In this document: piece by piece, positions 24,136 through 37,380 of the stretch
Layout: every line of letters starts with the position of its first letter
Position numbering within the stretch: position 1 is the stretch's first letter
NCBI RefSeq assembly: GCF_023055435.1
Contig: NW_025964223.1
Location: 1,922,001 to 1,986,000, forward strand
Reading direction: 5' to 3'
DNA: 64,000 bases
From: Haliotis rufescens
Taxonomy: Eukaryota
The notes under the pieces: model-generated
The model's database searches: none
What the model was told of the DNA's origin: nothing
The model's input: the letters and a program-made list of their open reading frames with translations, nothing else
Made by a program: the position numbers and the translations under genes

Positions 24136-25485
24136 CTATGCTTGTAGCTCTGTGGTCATTGACTTCGTCCTACATCTGACCAAAGGTACGGATAACTGAG
24201 AGTTTGGAAGACAGGTTCCCTGAAAGAGCTCACAATGAACAAGGGAAACCTCACGTCCATAATGGCTGCCAACTTATATGACATCAGTCCAAGAAAAAGA
24301 TGACTGGCATCCGATGCCACTATAACGTGCTGTGATGGACCGTTATTAGATGAGTGAGTGAGTGAGTGAGTAGGGTTTTACGCGAGTATGGTTTTACTCC
24401 GCTTATAGCAATATTCAAGCAATATCACGGCGAAGGACACCAGAAATGGGCTTCACACATTGTACGCATGTCGGGAATCGAACCCGGGTCTTCGGCGTGA
24501 CGAGCGAAAGCTTAAACCACTAGGCTACCCAACCGCCCCGTTATTGGATGGTGTGCAGAGGAGCTATGTAAGGTAAATAAAAACTACATATTCATAAGAA
24601 ATCTACGATTCTACGATTGATTCAGTTTATTGTTTTTCAAGGCCATATGACCCATTTTACATACATGTTTATTATACAGTAATCTTATATTGCACCTGCA
24701 GCATGATGTTTGGGTAACATTACATCTCCGGCTTATTGTAAATACTTTATGCATATATTTTGACAGATGAAATATGTTCTCAAATATTCTACAATTATTT
24801 ATAGACATATCGTGGGCATGGTAGTTTGTTAAACTTTACAACGTGTCCGTGAATCGTTATACAGAGGACATACGAAACAAACGTGCTTTTCATCTTCTAG
24901 ACATGAAAGTAGAGAGAGTCTCCATCACCTACATTGCATTTACCTTTACGTACGTTTTTAACACCAAAGGTATTATATCCACTTCTAAATTTTATCCAGG
25001 CCTTCTGTGTTAAAGTACATTAATATTTTGGACATACGATTCAAACTGAAGTTCTGATGTCATGGTGGAAAAAAATAACAGTGATCGTTCATCTATGAGA
25101 AGTGAATGAATGTTTTATGTATCAGCCAAGGATACGTTTTTTTCAGAACAAAGATAAATGCTTCTTTATCACCAACTCCCTGGGATATCCTACATGCCCG
25201 AAGCCGTAACTAGACACCAGTTTCTAATATGAGAAGCCCAATTTAAGTATTTCCTATCACAGGCATCATATAGCATTCAATAACACTGGTGCGAGTGTCT
25301 ATATGTGGACAAAGATAAAACACGCCACATAATATATCTTATGTTAGATGCCATAATATTTTATAGACAATATAAAGTTCTTTAAAATCCTGTGGCACTG
25401 TAGGATCTATTACATCTCTTTCAGACCAGGACAAATTGGTTTGGATAACATCAAACAATCTGTTAACAATCTCAGCACAAGTTGA

Positions 25486-26010
25486 CATCTTCGCGAATCA
25501 AGGGAGTTAACTGACTACAAAAGTCCAGTTTCCACCCTTGCCGAACTACGCTGGAATTCCGGGGCTCGATTGTAGCGCCACCAGTGGATATTACGAGCTA
25601 TGTCCCTCTATGTCCTTCCTATTGACCGATCAGATTCCACCTCTCACATCACTTGCATTTGCTTTAAATGACATGGCGGTGCCCAGTCAAGACGATCGAT
25701 CGATAATCAAGGTCTATATTGTAATAAAACGGGTCTTACCTCGCGAAGTGCATCAAATCATTTGAGCACATTTGATTAAAAACATGAAAAAGATTTGGAA
25801 AGCATCTGTCGACGCCCAGTTGACAGTACACATGCTTTACAAATCCTGCAATCGGTCGAAATCTGCACGTTGAAATCCATGTTGTTTAGAACAGGATGTC
25901 CAGTTCGATACGCGAAATCCAGCCAAAATGTAACTCCTGAATACCAGCCTAGTTCGGCAAGGGTGGAAACTGGACTTTAAGTCAGTTAACTCCCTTGCCT
26001 TGGGAAGATG
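25486..26010. mobile_element. MITE family with ~55-bp TIRs (other copies 54222-54705, 62127-62760 with nested SINE, partial 50905-51095)
   Basis: catcttc...aagggagttaactgact..aaagtccagtttccacccttgccgaact and its reverse complement at the right end. Confidence 0.8.
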
Positions 26011-26296
26011 CACTTAACAAGTGGACAAGACAGAGTCACTCGTATATAGTTACAGCATGCCCTCTAGAAACTGTCACATCCCAAAACGTCTTGAATGATT
26101 AAGCCTGCAAGGTTCATGCGGTGGCGCTAAATTCCAATGGTTGCCACCAACAGCGTTCAACATTTTACCAGCGCTTCAGTTTTTGGCTGCCTCTAACAAT
26201 TACTACAAATACCTCACAGTACCTACAAATATATTTACAACTATCCCCACTGCCACGTTACATTCTTCAAGAGGAGAAAGTGTGAATGCCGTGAAA

Positions 26297-27266
26297 ACTT
26301 TCTTGAACATTGCCGATTTCAAGGAGAAAGTTGACCCATCACTCTTGAACATTGCCGATTTCAAGGAGAGAGTAAACCTATCACTCTTGAACATTGCCGA
26401 TTTCAAGGAGAAAGTTGACCCATCACTCTTGAACATTGCCGATTTCAAGGAGAAAGTTGACCCATCACTCTTGAACATTGCCGATTTCAAGGAGAAAGTA
26501 AACCCTTCACTCTTGAACATTGACGATTTCAAGGAGAAAGTAAACCCATTACTCTTGAACATTGACGATTTCAAGGAGAAAGTAAACCCATCACTCTTGA
26601 ACATTGACGATTTCAAGGAGAGAGTTCACCCAACACTCTTGAGCATTGCCGATTTCAAGGAGAAAGTACACCCAACACTCTTGAATATTGACGATTTCAA
26701 GGAGAGAGTGCACCCAACACTCTTGAACATTGCCGATTTCAAGGAGAAAGTACACCCAACACTCTTGAACAATGACGATTTCAAGGAGAAAGTACACCCG
26801 ACACTCTTGAACATTACCGATTTCAAGGAGAAAGTACACCCAACACTCTTGAACATTGCCGATTTCAAGGAGAGAGTACACCCAACACTCTTGAACATTG
26901 CCGATTTCAAGGAGAAAGTAAACCCATCACTCTTGAACATTGACGATTTCATGGAGAGAGTACACCCAACACTCTTGAACATTGCCGATTTCAAGGAGAG
27001 AGTACACCCAACACTCTTGAACATTGCCGATTTCAAGGAGAAAGTACACCCAACACTCTTGAACATTGCCGATTTCAAGGAGAGAGTACACCCAACACTC
27101 TTGAACAATGACGATTTCAAGGAGAAAGTACACCCGACACTCTTGAACATTGCCGATTTCAAGGAGAGAGTACACCCAACACTCTTGAACATTGCCGATT
27201 TCAAGGAGAAAGTTAACCCATCACTCTTGAACATTGACGATTTCATGGAGAAAGTACACCCAGCAC
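26297..27266. repeat. 42-bp minisatellite
   Basis: Unit actcttgaacattgccgatttcaaggagaaagtacacccaac. Confidence 0.97.
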
Positions 27267-27299
27267 TCTATTAGAAAAAAACATTAAATACATATACCG

Positions 27300-27525
27300 C
27301 ATGCTGGAGAACTGCCTTTGTATTCTGATCCAATCAAATGACTCCAGAAAGAGCATCGTTTTGGCCAAAAAATTAGTGGGAGGGACTTCTACATCAGAAA
27401 TATTGTTCAGCCACACCAGAAATATCATAAGTTGCTTTTGTTTGTAGGAACTGTAAAATTTGCAACAGCTTCTACTCTTGCTTTGATCAGTTGTACCTGA
27501 TCCTGTCTGACTACCCGAGTGCCTG
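27300..27525 (-). mobile_element. Highly degenerate Ty3/Gypsy pol (RT C-terminal) fragment
   Basis: Frameshifted QVQLIKARVEAVANFTVPTNK..LMIFL...SDVEVPPTNFLAK resembles the Gypsy motif KVEAI..FP.P..KK.L..FLG....PLT.LL.K. Confidence 0.5.
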
Positions 27526-28957
27526 AGCTAATGCACTTTTTGCGAATGTCCGATGCAATTCCCTATCTTGACTTAAACCATATGTTTTTTTAGGTGAACA
27601 ATGAACTTATATTTGTATGTGTTTGTGACACTTGCCACCGGTGGGCAGGATACGATCACCTTTTCGCGAACACCTAGTATCATCACTGTTTGATAGTGAT
27701 TCATAAACACATGCTCATGATATAGTCGGAATTCCTTTTTCATATTCAAATGACACTACCTTGCTTGTTTTCGGCGGCTAGGAGTTTGGACAATGTTGTC
27801 AGTTTCACTGACTTCTTATCAATCATTCATGACTTTGTGTGATGGCAATTAGGTGACTTACATTGAGAGGTATGGGTTCGAATCCTGAATGGGACTCAAC
27901 CTATAAAAGTACTAGAATTTGTATTAAGAACCTGTTATCCCAAATAGAACATATGTTACATTTGACCACTTTCTAAAAGGCATGGGATATTCACATCACT
28001 CAAGGACTATGGAATCTAACACTGTGACCAGAGATGGGTAGCAACTCGAAAATCCTGTCTCCAGGATGGAAATTTCTTTTTTTAATTTTTTTTTTTATCA
28101 TAGGTTCTCAATGATAACCTTATAATTCCCTGGTTACACCAACATTCTGCAGAAATCTAGTTCGGATAGTAGACACATAGTCTAATAAATATAAATCTGA
28201 TTGTCATTAAGCCATTGTCCTTTCACATGCTCAATGGGACTGAGCCCTAATAGTTCTTGAACTGACACTGCAAACAACAGCAACAACAAATGCCTTCCTA
28301 CTCCTTTTCAGTTTCAAAGGAAAACCATTTTATGAGTCTGATCTTTCAAATGCACCTTCTGACCCAGGGTGATATTTAAAGCATTAGATTTGACCTGTCT
28401 AACATGACCTGCTGAAACAACCCTGACGTGAAGTCCTTGATCAGACGTATCTACTTAGGGTTAACCAACAATGGAGAGAAAAAACTTGATCTAAGCCTTA
28501 ACGTTAGCTGGCGTAACATTTGATCTCACTGGAATATTGACCCGACTGAAGGGCTCTCCAAAAGCTGGCTAGACAGAGGCAAGGCAAGCGGGAATTGTCT
28601 GATGAGGTTTTCCTACCGCCTGAAATTTGAAACATCCTGAGGGGAAGCAGAATGAGTCTCAACATAAACAACCAGTAATGGTGACTAACCAATTTGAGGG
28701 TATAAACAATAATCACAAAACAGGCAGTAGTTATAAAGAGAATTTTGTATAACCTCGTCAAAAGTATAGCACCACCAAGATATTTTGATAATCAGAAAAG
28801 ACATGGGTAAGAAGAAGCTGGAAAGCGAGACATAAGCAATGAAAAGTGTTACTTAATGTCAAATAAGATGGTGATTTTATGACAAATAGGAAAAAACAGC
28901 ATTTGCAAAGAAAAATAACAACTTCATTCATTAGTAACTACAAGGACTGTAATTGGG

Positions 28958-30502
28958 GATCATTAGAGTCAGTATAAGTATGGTAACAGTCAGGAATGAG
29001 ATGGACAGATCCTTAGAGTCAGTATAAGTATGGTAACAGTCAAGAATGAGGTGGACAGATCATTAGAGTCAGTATAAGTATGGTAACAGTCAGGAATGAG
29101 GTGGACAGATCATTAGAGTCAGTATAAGTATGGTAACAGTCAGGAATGAGGTGGACAGATCATTAGTGTCAGTATAAGTATGGTAACAGTCAGGAATGAG
29201 GTGGACAGATCATTAGAGTCAGTATAAGTATGGTAACAGTCAGGAATGAGATGGACAGATCATTAGAGTCAGTATAAGTATGGTAACAGTCAGGAATGAG
29301 ATGGACAGATCATTAGTGTCAGTATAAGTATGGTAACAGTCAGGAATGAGGTGGACAGATCATTAGAGTCAGTATAAGTGTGGTAACAGTCAGGAATGAG
29401 GTGGACAGATCATTAGAGTCAGTATAAGTATGGTAACAGTCAGGAATGAGGTGGACAGATCATTAGAGTCAGTATAAGTATGGTAACAGTCAGGAATGAG
29501 GTGGACAAATCATTAGAGTCAGTATAAGTATGGTAACAGTCAGGAATGAGATGGACAGATCATAAGAGTCAGTATAAGTATGGTAACAATCGGGAATGAG
29601 GTGGACAGATCATTAGAGTCAGTATAAGTATGGTAACAGTCAGAAATGAGATGGACAGATCATTAAAGTCAGTATAAGTATGGTAACAGTCAGGAATGAG
29701 ATGGACAGATCATTAGAGTCAGTATAAGTATGGTAACAGTCAGGAATGAGGTGGACAGATCATTAGAGTCAGTAAAAGTATGGTAACAGTCAGGAATGAG
29801 ATGGACAGATCATTAGAGTCAGTATAAGTATGGTAACAGTCAGGAATGAGGTGGACAGATCATTAGAGTCAGTATAAGTATGGTTACAGTCAGGAATGAG
29901 ATGGACAGATCATTAGAGTCAGTATAAGTATGGTAACAGTCAGGAATGAGATGGACAGATCATTAGAGTCAGTATAAGTATGGTAACAGTCAGGAATGAG
30001 ATGGACAGATCATTAGAGTCAGTATAAGTATGGTAACAGTCAGGAATGAGGTGGACAGATCATTAGAGTCAGTATAAGTATCGTAACAGTCAGTAATGAG
30101 GTGGACAGATCATTAGAGTCAGTAAAAGTATGGTAACAGTCAGGAATGAGATGGACAGATCATTAGAGTCAGTATAAGTATGGTAACAGTCAGGAATGAG
30201 GTGGACAGATCATTAGAGTCAGTATAAGTATGGTAACAGTCAGGAATGAGGTGGACAGATCATTAGAGTCAGTATAAGTATGGTAACAGTCAGGAATGAG
30301 GTGGACAGATCATTAGTGTCAGTATAAGTATGGTAACAGTCAGGAATGAGGTGGACAGATCATTAGAGTCAGTATAAGTATGGTAACAGTCAGGAATGAG
30401 ATGGACAGATCATTAGAGTCAGTATAAGTATGGTAACAGTCAGGAATGAGATGGACAGATCATTAGTGTCAGTATAAGTATGGTAACAGTCAGGAATGAG
30501 AT
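28958..30502. repeat. 50-bp minisatellite (~31 units)
   Basis: Unit gatcattagagtcagtataagtatggtaacagtcaggaatgaggtggaca. Confidence 0.97.
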
Positions 30503-30564
30503 CCACACATACATGTGTCACATACATGTTAACCATGTCACAGTTAAATGATCAACAGTGTAAG

Positions 30565-30676
30565 TCAATACCTGGTGTAGCCACCCCGTACACGGATCAC
30601 ATCCGCAAAATGCCTCCTCGAGTCTCCACATCTGACGCAGGATCCTCCACTGAGGGATGTGATGCCATTCCTGAAT
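30565..30676 (-). mobile_element. Tc1 transposase C-terminal remnant
   Basis: QEWHHIPQWRIL... / ...DVIRVRGGYTRY*, the typical Tc1 C-terminus; paralogous to 38998-39095. Confidence 0.75.
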
Positions 30677-31168
30677 AACGCGTCTGTAAGTATCCTACAT
30701 AGTCCATGTTGTAGGCAGTGTCTGATTCACCCATTAAAACTTTCTCTTATGCATAGATATATTCACCACGTCCATAAATAACATCTAAATTCATTGGCTG
30801 TTGAAATAATAAAGTGAACTTATGGGTTTGACAGTCTTTCCTCATTTGATTGGGTCAGAGACGAATATAAGACGTCAGTGCCAGAGAACAACCAGTCTCG
30901 ATTATCCGCGGAAACATGTTCCATTGGGCGCAAAAGGCAAAATAGATGTGAAAATTAGTGATGACATCAGGCGAAAAGGGTAGGCATGTCCAACCCTATC
31001 AGTATAACACACACACACACACACCTTCCTATGGTTCGGAAATATTGGGTTTTGCAGAGGCTAAAGCGTTTGAATCCGTATATTTTTCGCTCGTAAAAGA
31101 TTTCTTGGTGTTAAACATAGTACGTCTAACATAATGGTTTGTGGTGAATGCGGTCGCAAGCCCTTGTA

Positions 31169-31323
31169 NNNNNNNNNNNNNNNNNNNNNNNNNNNNNNNN
31201 NNNNNNNNNNNNNNNNNNNNNNNNNNNNNNNNNNNNNNNNNNNNNNNNNNNNNNNNNNNNNNNNNNNNNNNNNNNNNNNNNNNNNNNNNNNNNNNNNNNN
31301 NNNNNNNNNNNNNNNNNNNNNNN
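31169..31323. other. Assembly gap (155 N) followed by a CA-rich microsatellite (31324-31518)
   Basis: Run of N. Confidence 0.99.
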
Positions 31324-31797
31324 NGACACACACACACTCACTCACTGACACACACACACACTGACACACGAACACTCACTGACACACACACACTCACTGA
31401 CACACACACTCACTGACACACACACACTCACTCACTGACACACACACACTCACTCACTGACACACACACACACTCACTCACTGACACACACACACACTGA
31501 CACACAGACACACACACAAAATTTGCATAAAAAACGTAAGTGTTTGTTGTCTGACACACTGCAGCAGTACTGCGATGCGACGGCGGCCTGTAAACCAGCC
31601 AGACAATCAAGTGATGGGCCATAACATCCACACACGATAAGGCAGGAACCGTAGCCTACATTTCAATACAACTCACAGATATTTGACTGGCCCCAAACAG
31701 GAAAGGTATGATCCATAACAGTCGTCCTTCTAAATCTCACACACAAAGGGTTCCAACACGACAAAACAGAGTTGAAAGGGGGTTTTACGTCGCGTTT

Positions 31798-31851
<54 letters not shown>

Positions 31852-33374
31852 TGTCATGTATGTTTTACTTTACAAGACATTTTAAAATTTAAATAAGAGT
31901 ATATAACATAGTTGCTTTGGAGCATGTTGGAAAAGACCACCCTTCAAGGACCTCTGGACTGAAGCTGATCCGGGTGGGCTGCTTTTGTCATTTGTATTTT
32001 TATGGTGACGTCAACCAAGGTTCAGTTCAATTTTACTGACTAGTGTACGTTGCATGTTTTTAAGATTATTTCGCTGATCCACATACATATGTGTGGCTGC
32101 TTGTACTTGTTCAGACATATTCTGGTTCACTATACTGACTCAGACACATAATACTGATTCTGAGCCGGCCAGTCCTTGTTTAATCCCCATAATGCCTTGC
32201 GCTAGGCAGGGTAACAACAAGTATCATATTTTGACGTCTTTTGGTATGACGCGGACAGGGAATCGAACCGTGGAGGTTCCTCTGTCCACTACCCCACGGA
32301 GGTGGTCGCAGTTCACAGGAGTTGATCGTGTCAGAAAGCAGGATAGAAGCCAGAGTCTTGTGTTCCTTTAAGAAATTGACTCTTGGGTTTAGTCATCTGT
32401 TCATTACACACCCAAACAATAAATAACTGCACGGCTAAAAAATATTAATTTATTAAAAAACGATGTCATAAGAACAACATGAACAAGTATAAACGTTTTG
32501 GCTTGATAATATCACAAAATGAGGAAATACGTGTACAAAATAGATTCATACAAAAATATTCATGGCTATGATCACGTGATAAGAGATGAATATAAATAGA
32601 AACATTATGGTGAAGCATGTTAAATCTCAACGTGTAATTGCTATGCGATCATGATAACATAGGATTTAGTTGTGCAGTCGATCAATAAAGATTGCACTAA
32701 TGCAAGTACTTAACTAACACAATCATGACAAACATTATTCCACACGGAATCAGTGTATAACTTACAAATATCACCGATTTAGTCCTTTGTTCATTACACA
32801 CCTAAAGGATAAATAACTGAAGGATTAAAAAAATAATTTCATCCAAAAAACACCCTATGACAACAACCATCAACTAGTATAACAGATTTGACATGGAAAT
32901 ATCACAAAATGTAGAAATATGAGTACATATTAAATAGAATTAAACACAAAATATGTATGGCAATGATCACGATGATAAGAGATAAATATAGGCAGAAACA
33001 ATTCTGAAGCCTACGGTTATACTATCAGTCAGATTCATTCAAATAAGATTAAAGTAACACAACACATATTACAAATAGCACATATAGAAGGCATATAATT
33101 CAGTTGGCATTCACAAAAGGCATTTGTTCTGTCATTAAGAGAATGAAAGCCCTTCCATATTCAAAAGAAGTCTCTGCAAAAAGAGGCGTCGACCGTAAGA
33201 ATCAGACTCTATCACGAGTTTGTGTTTATGAAGCACTATCAAATAGTGATGATACCAGGTGTTTATGAATCACTATCAAATACCAGGTGTTCTCCAAAAA
33301 TGGTTAGCGTGATGTCATACAAGCATATAACCTCATTTCAAGTCACCCCTTGTATGCAACTCATCATGTTCGGG

Positions 33375-34153
33375 TTAAGGGTCAAAGCTGCAGTCTGGAC
33401 AGTCAAGCTTCTTAGGAATTCCCTCCTTCTTGCTGCGTCCCCTCCCCCGGACACGGACATGTTTAAAATACACCTTGTCCTCCCCACACTTGTCCATCAA
33501 GCCCCTGATGTCGACATCCTCCGTGTACAGAAACTCCACATGGAACTTGTTGACAGACACCATCGTGAACGTCTTCGGAACATCTTTCTGTCTGGACATG
33601 GAACTTCTCGAGTATCCTCTAAGAATGTCTTCAATTTTTCGTGAGCATGATACAAACTGTGACATGAGTGTGGTGTCTTCTCTGACAGTGAAAAATGGGT
33701 TGAGGTGCAAATCCAGTTCAGGAAGCCTCCCCTCACTGAATCTGTCTTCAGCTGATCCCATCTTTGTGACCACAACTGTGACGTAATGTGTTTCCTTGTG
33801 ACAGTAAAAGTCTGAGAAGTACATCCTGGTGTCTGATGTGAACAGTTCCTCCACCGGGATGAAAAGACGTCTGTTTCCGAAGAAGGAGAAGTTCGGTATT
33901 TTCTTTTTGTTCTTTGATCCGCTGAAGAAGAGGCCATTGATTTTGTTGTTGATTGGACAATATGGGTCGCCATTGTTGTCCTTCAGGTACTTCTCCATCA
34001 CTCCAGCTCTGTTGGACATGATGTTATCATAGTAGGACTCAGGTTTGTTGCGGTAGAACTTCGTAACATTATATCTGCCTGGAGTTTGCAGGTTCTTGGA
34101 ACAAAAGGTCTTTGCTTTGTCCAGAAGCTGCTGGAGATCTGCCTTAGTATTGC
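33375..34153 (-). CDS. PHYHIPL: PHYHIP-like gene C, terminal exon (PHYHIP C-terminal domain)
   Basis: ttacag|GC AAT ACT AAG. 779 nt; FYRNK, YLKDNNGDP, GLFFSGS, YFSDFYCHKETHY, HVEFLYTEDVD, CPDC. Reconstructed gene about 494-497 aa. Confidence 0.93.
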
Positions 34154-34387
34154 CTGTAAACAAGGGAGGAAAGGGGAATATTCAAAATAAACGTTAACTT
34201 TATGTATATTCACGTGACATATTCACAGGCAGGTATACAGTGAAATCTTTTTAATCATTGACATTTGACGACTTGAGCCGATTCTAGAACACACAACAAC
34301 CTTTTCCTCTCTTTCCTCACCAAAACACAGTTGAAAGTGGAGTTTAAACTCACTTATTGTTGACAAATGAAAGCAAAGTCAACTTAC

Positions 34388-34697
34388 ATGTCTTGACAGT
34401 GATGGTGTCTGATCCACCAGTTGGTGTGTAGTCCTGACACACAGCTGACCGTTGTCCAGTTTGGTCCACACTGGAACCTGTGAGTCCCACGACCTTGACC
34501 TTGTAGTTGGTCCTGGACCGACAGACAGGCAGGAGTGGGATGCTGGCGCTGACCGGGGCAGACGACATCACAACGTACTCCTTCTGACTTCTCTCACAGA
34601 ACACAACACACAGACCTGCCTCGCTGTCAGAAGGTCCTGTAGGCTTGAGGCTGTAGTCCAGTGGTGGCTTGTGCTCAACCTCCATCTCAAGTCGATC
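34388..34697 (-). CDS. PHYHIPL: PHYHIP-like gene C, second FN3-like exon
   Basis: ttcag|GAT CGA CTT GAG ATG...AAG ACA T|gtaagt; 310 nt. Confidence 0.87.
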
Positions 34698-34982
34698 CTG
34701 AAAATGATATTTTGTCATCAAAATGAAGGGTCTTCAATTTCTCAAACAAAGTTTGATAATTTCATATCCTGATAAAATACAGAATACCAAAGAAAAATAA
34801 TCTCAATTAGTTTCCTTTAATGTGAGTCAAAACAGGGATATCCAATTAAAACTAAAATACATGTGTGTATCTATTCAGAACGTAAAGTAAAACTACATGT
34901 TTTTAAATGCTTCTCGTCAGACTCTATGTGGCTGGACAACACAGACAGAACAAACGGCAAGACACGAGGACTCCTCACTCAC

Positions 34983-35047
34983 CTGAGTCTCCCCCAACAG
35001 GTGCATCACGTGACCAAGTGAGGAGAACCCACAACTCAAGTCCAACT
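34983..35047 (-). CDS. PHYHIPL: PHYHIP-like gene C, linker exon
   Basis: ttcacag|AG TTG GAC...ACT CAG|gtgagt. 65 nt, phase 1/0, encodes (E)LDLSCGFSSLGHVMHLLGETQ. Confidence 0.8.
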
Positions 35048-35856
35048 CTGTGAAACAAAGAGGAAAACATCATTATTATTATTGTTCATACATGTGAAGG
35101 AAATATGCCATGTATATGAACTTGAAATATTTTGCCCAAACATTCGTGTTTCACTGGGCTTCTGATTCAAATATCGGTGCATCTCCAAATGCCATGCACC
35201 ACCCAAGTATCCTAAAGTAAGTTCGAGTGTCTGTACAACAATACAAGGACATCAAAGTGCATGGTGTATGATAGTAGTAAGGGAAATGGCACAATACGTT
35301 TCCTGAAAATATATACAAGGGGTTGAGACATTTTGTAAGATCACATTTGTCATTTGCTTTGATAGACTACATATCCAAAAAACAAAATTGTGTTCATTCC
35401 ATGTATTGTGTCACAGTTTTGCTGTCAGATATGCACAGTAGACCCTCACAAGACCGGACCCTGTTAATCCGGTCACATGTCAAGTTGTTGGAGTGGTATA
35501 TATGTATTCAAAGGAACACATGATTCAATAATCAGGAAATTTGTTAATCTAGAATTTCTTTAAACAGTACTGTCATGTTAGAAAATGTTTCATTGTGTAG
35601 TAAAGCTTCAAAACGTAGTGTTCCACCCTGTTCAGTGGGAGGGTGTTTGAGGATCAAATGAAGACATGAAACAGGTTTTCTTCAGTCTAAGTGAAATGTT
35701 CTCAACAGACATACATTTAACCTGAATGAGATTAACATAACATAAATTCACCTAAAATTCTACTGATCAATTATGATTACAAAACAGTTATGACTTATAT
35801 ATAAGAACAGATCACGATTTCTGTATAATTTGTTAAATAAAACAATTTTCCCATAC

Positions 35857-36169
35857 CTTGTGTCTGGTAAGTTGGAGAAATGACAAGTTTGCGAGTTGTT
35901 TCCACAGTATACGATGTTGCCAAGGGGTATCTGTCGCTGCTCTGTCCAGTGTCAATCTTCAGTCCGAACACCTGGACTGTGTCCAGATCCGGGACTGACC
36001 GCTCCATATCATTGCCAGCCTTCAGAACAAACAGGTGCTTGAGTGACCCCCGTCGGTTGTTGACTGCAAGCATCACGTGGGATATATCCTTCCCACACTT
36101 GATGTGTACTCTCAATACTGGACGGGAGTATTTATTTGTTTTCAGCGATATCCACGATTCTGATGAATT
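35857..36169 (-). CDS. PHYHIPL: PHYHIP-like gene C, first FN3-like exon
   Basis: tttcag|AAT TCA TCA GAA (NSSESWISLK...VQVFGL...YTVETTRKLVISPTYQTQ)G|gtatgg; 313 nt. Confidence 0.83.
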
Positions 36170-36776
36170 CTGAAAAAACTAAGAAGCAAAACAAGCATGT
36201 TATTTTTGTCTGAAGTGAGGGTTGGATTAAAATCAGAATCAATACATTTCCTTGCATAATTTTAGATTTTCACTATCTAATGTCTAACTACAAGAATAAA
36301 AGCCAATGAATATATAGCTGATCTGATGCTGTTTAAAACATTTACATGCATTTTCTAATTGAATTCTCAGGTGGTAACATTGTTATTTGATTGCACACAT
36401 ATTGTGACCAGGTAACCTTTTTTATGTTTTGAGAACAATTACGTTGAGGTAAGTACATGAATTATGAACTATAGCGATCACTGTAAACAATACCTGTAAT
36501 TACGAATGTCAAAATGTAACAATATATGTTTGTCTTGACTAATAAAGTGACATTAGACGTGCAGTAACTGGTGAGAAGAAAACCTTGACAGGTAAGAGAC
36601 ACTTAGATACCACGATGCCTGTCAGTCCCTTGAATGCCACTTAAAGAGATTCCAGGTCTATTACAATAAACAATCCAATTTCTGTTAGACAATTATTGAA
36701 ATCCTAACATATTATACTTGATGCACCAACAACATATTTTGATCAGAAGAATGAAAACTGCCCTTACAATGCTTAC

Positions 36777-36794
36777 ACATCTATGTTCTTCCAT
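36777..36794 (-). CDS. PHYHIPL: PHYHIP-like gene C, start micro-exon (MEEHRC; alternative donor gives exon end at 36768)
   Basis: aagATGGAAGAACATAGATGT|gtaagcatt|gtaagg. Both donors are phase 0. TATAAG lies about 40 nt upstream. Confidence 0.6.
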
Positions 36795-36893
36795 CTTGTT
36801 CAGTTGTATTCAATGATGTGAGTTCGTCATAGCTTATATGCACAACCCTGTCACTCCTATTGATAGCCAGGGGATTGCATGTTGGGAAACTGC

Positions 36894-36917
36894 TGGTTTT
36901 CCCAAAGGGGATTCCCC
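36894..36917. promoter_or_regulatory. Paired kB/Rel sites upstream of gene C
   Basis: tggttttccc (GGGAAAACCA on minus) + aaa + GGGGATTCCCC, a canonical kB site, 100-125 nt upstream of the ATG. Confidence 0.6.
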
Positions 36918-37380
36918 TAAAGAAGCTTCTCGTCTGACCTTCATCTTGGCCTGGGAGGTGTTATTGGCGCTATCAGAGGTATTACCTGACACAGGTGACC
37001 AGTGTTAGGATGTGTGTGTGTATTTATATAACATCCGGCTTGTATCTGACCTGTGTATTCAGATATTATTTATCATTGTGGTGTTTAACACTGCAGTCCA
37101 ACCACACATGGACAAACTGCTATCAGCAGGTCATTGTAACCTGGTAATCCCGAACTATTTTTAGAACAAGGTTACAACAGCTGAAAGTTAAATGCACTGC
37201 GCACAAAGAGCTTGCATCGTTTGACTTTATGTGAGTAGAATACCAAGATAGACATTTGTTTAATGTTATAGATACTGCTTGATCTTATGTATATTGAAAT
37301 TGGAATATGTATTTAATAGTTAGAATTTTATTTCAGAATGTCCATAAATTATGAAATCAGTCATTGTTATTTTATGATAA

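Noticed and set aside
26141-27274. 377-aa repeat ORF (LLNIADFKEKVHPT)n
   Set aside because: A 42-bp tandem repeat open on both strands, with a non-ATG start and no gene context. A coding role cannot be fully excluded but has no support.
30571-30685. Apparent start exon MASHPSVED.../MATHPSVED... (also ~39000-39090)
   Set aside because: Other frames give the Tc1 transposase C-terminus (QEW..IPQ...VIRVRGGYTRY).
33222-34032. Plus-strand and alternative-frame ORFs over the PHYHIP exons
   Set aside because: Antisense and frame shadows of the real coding exons.
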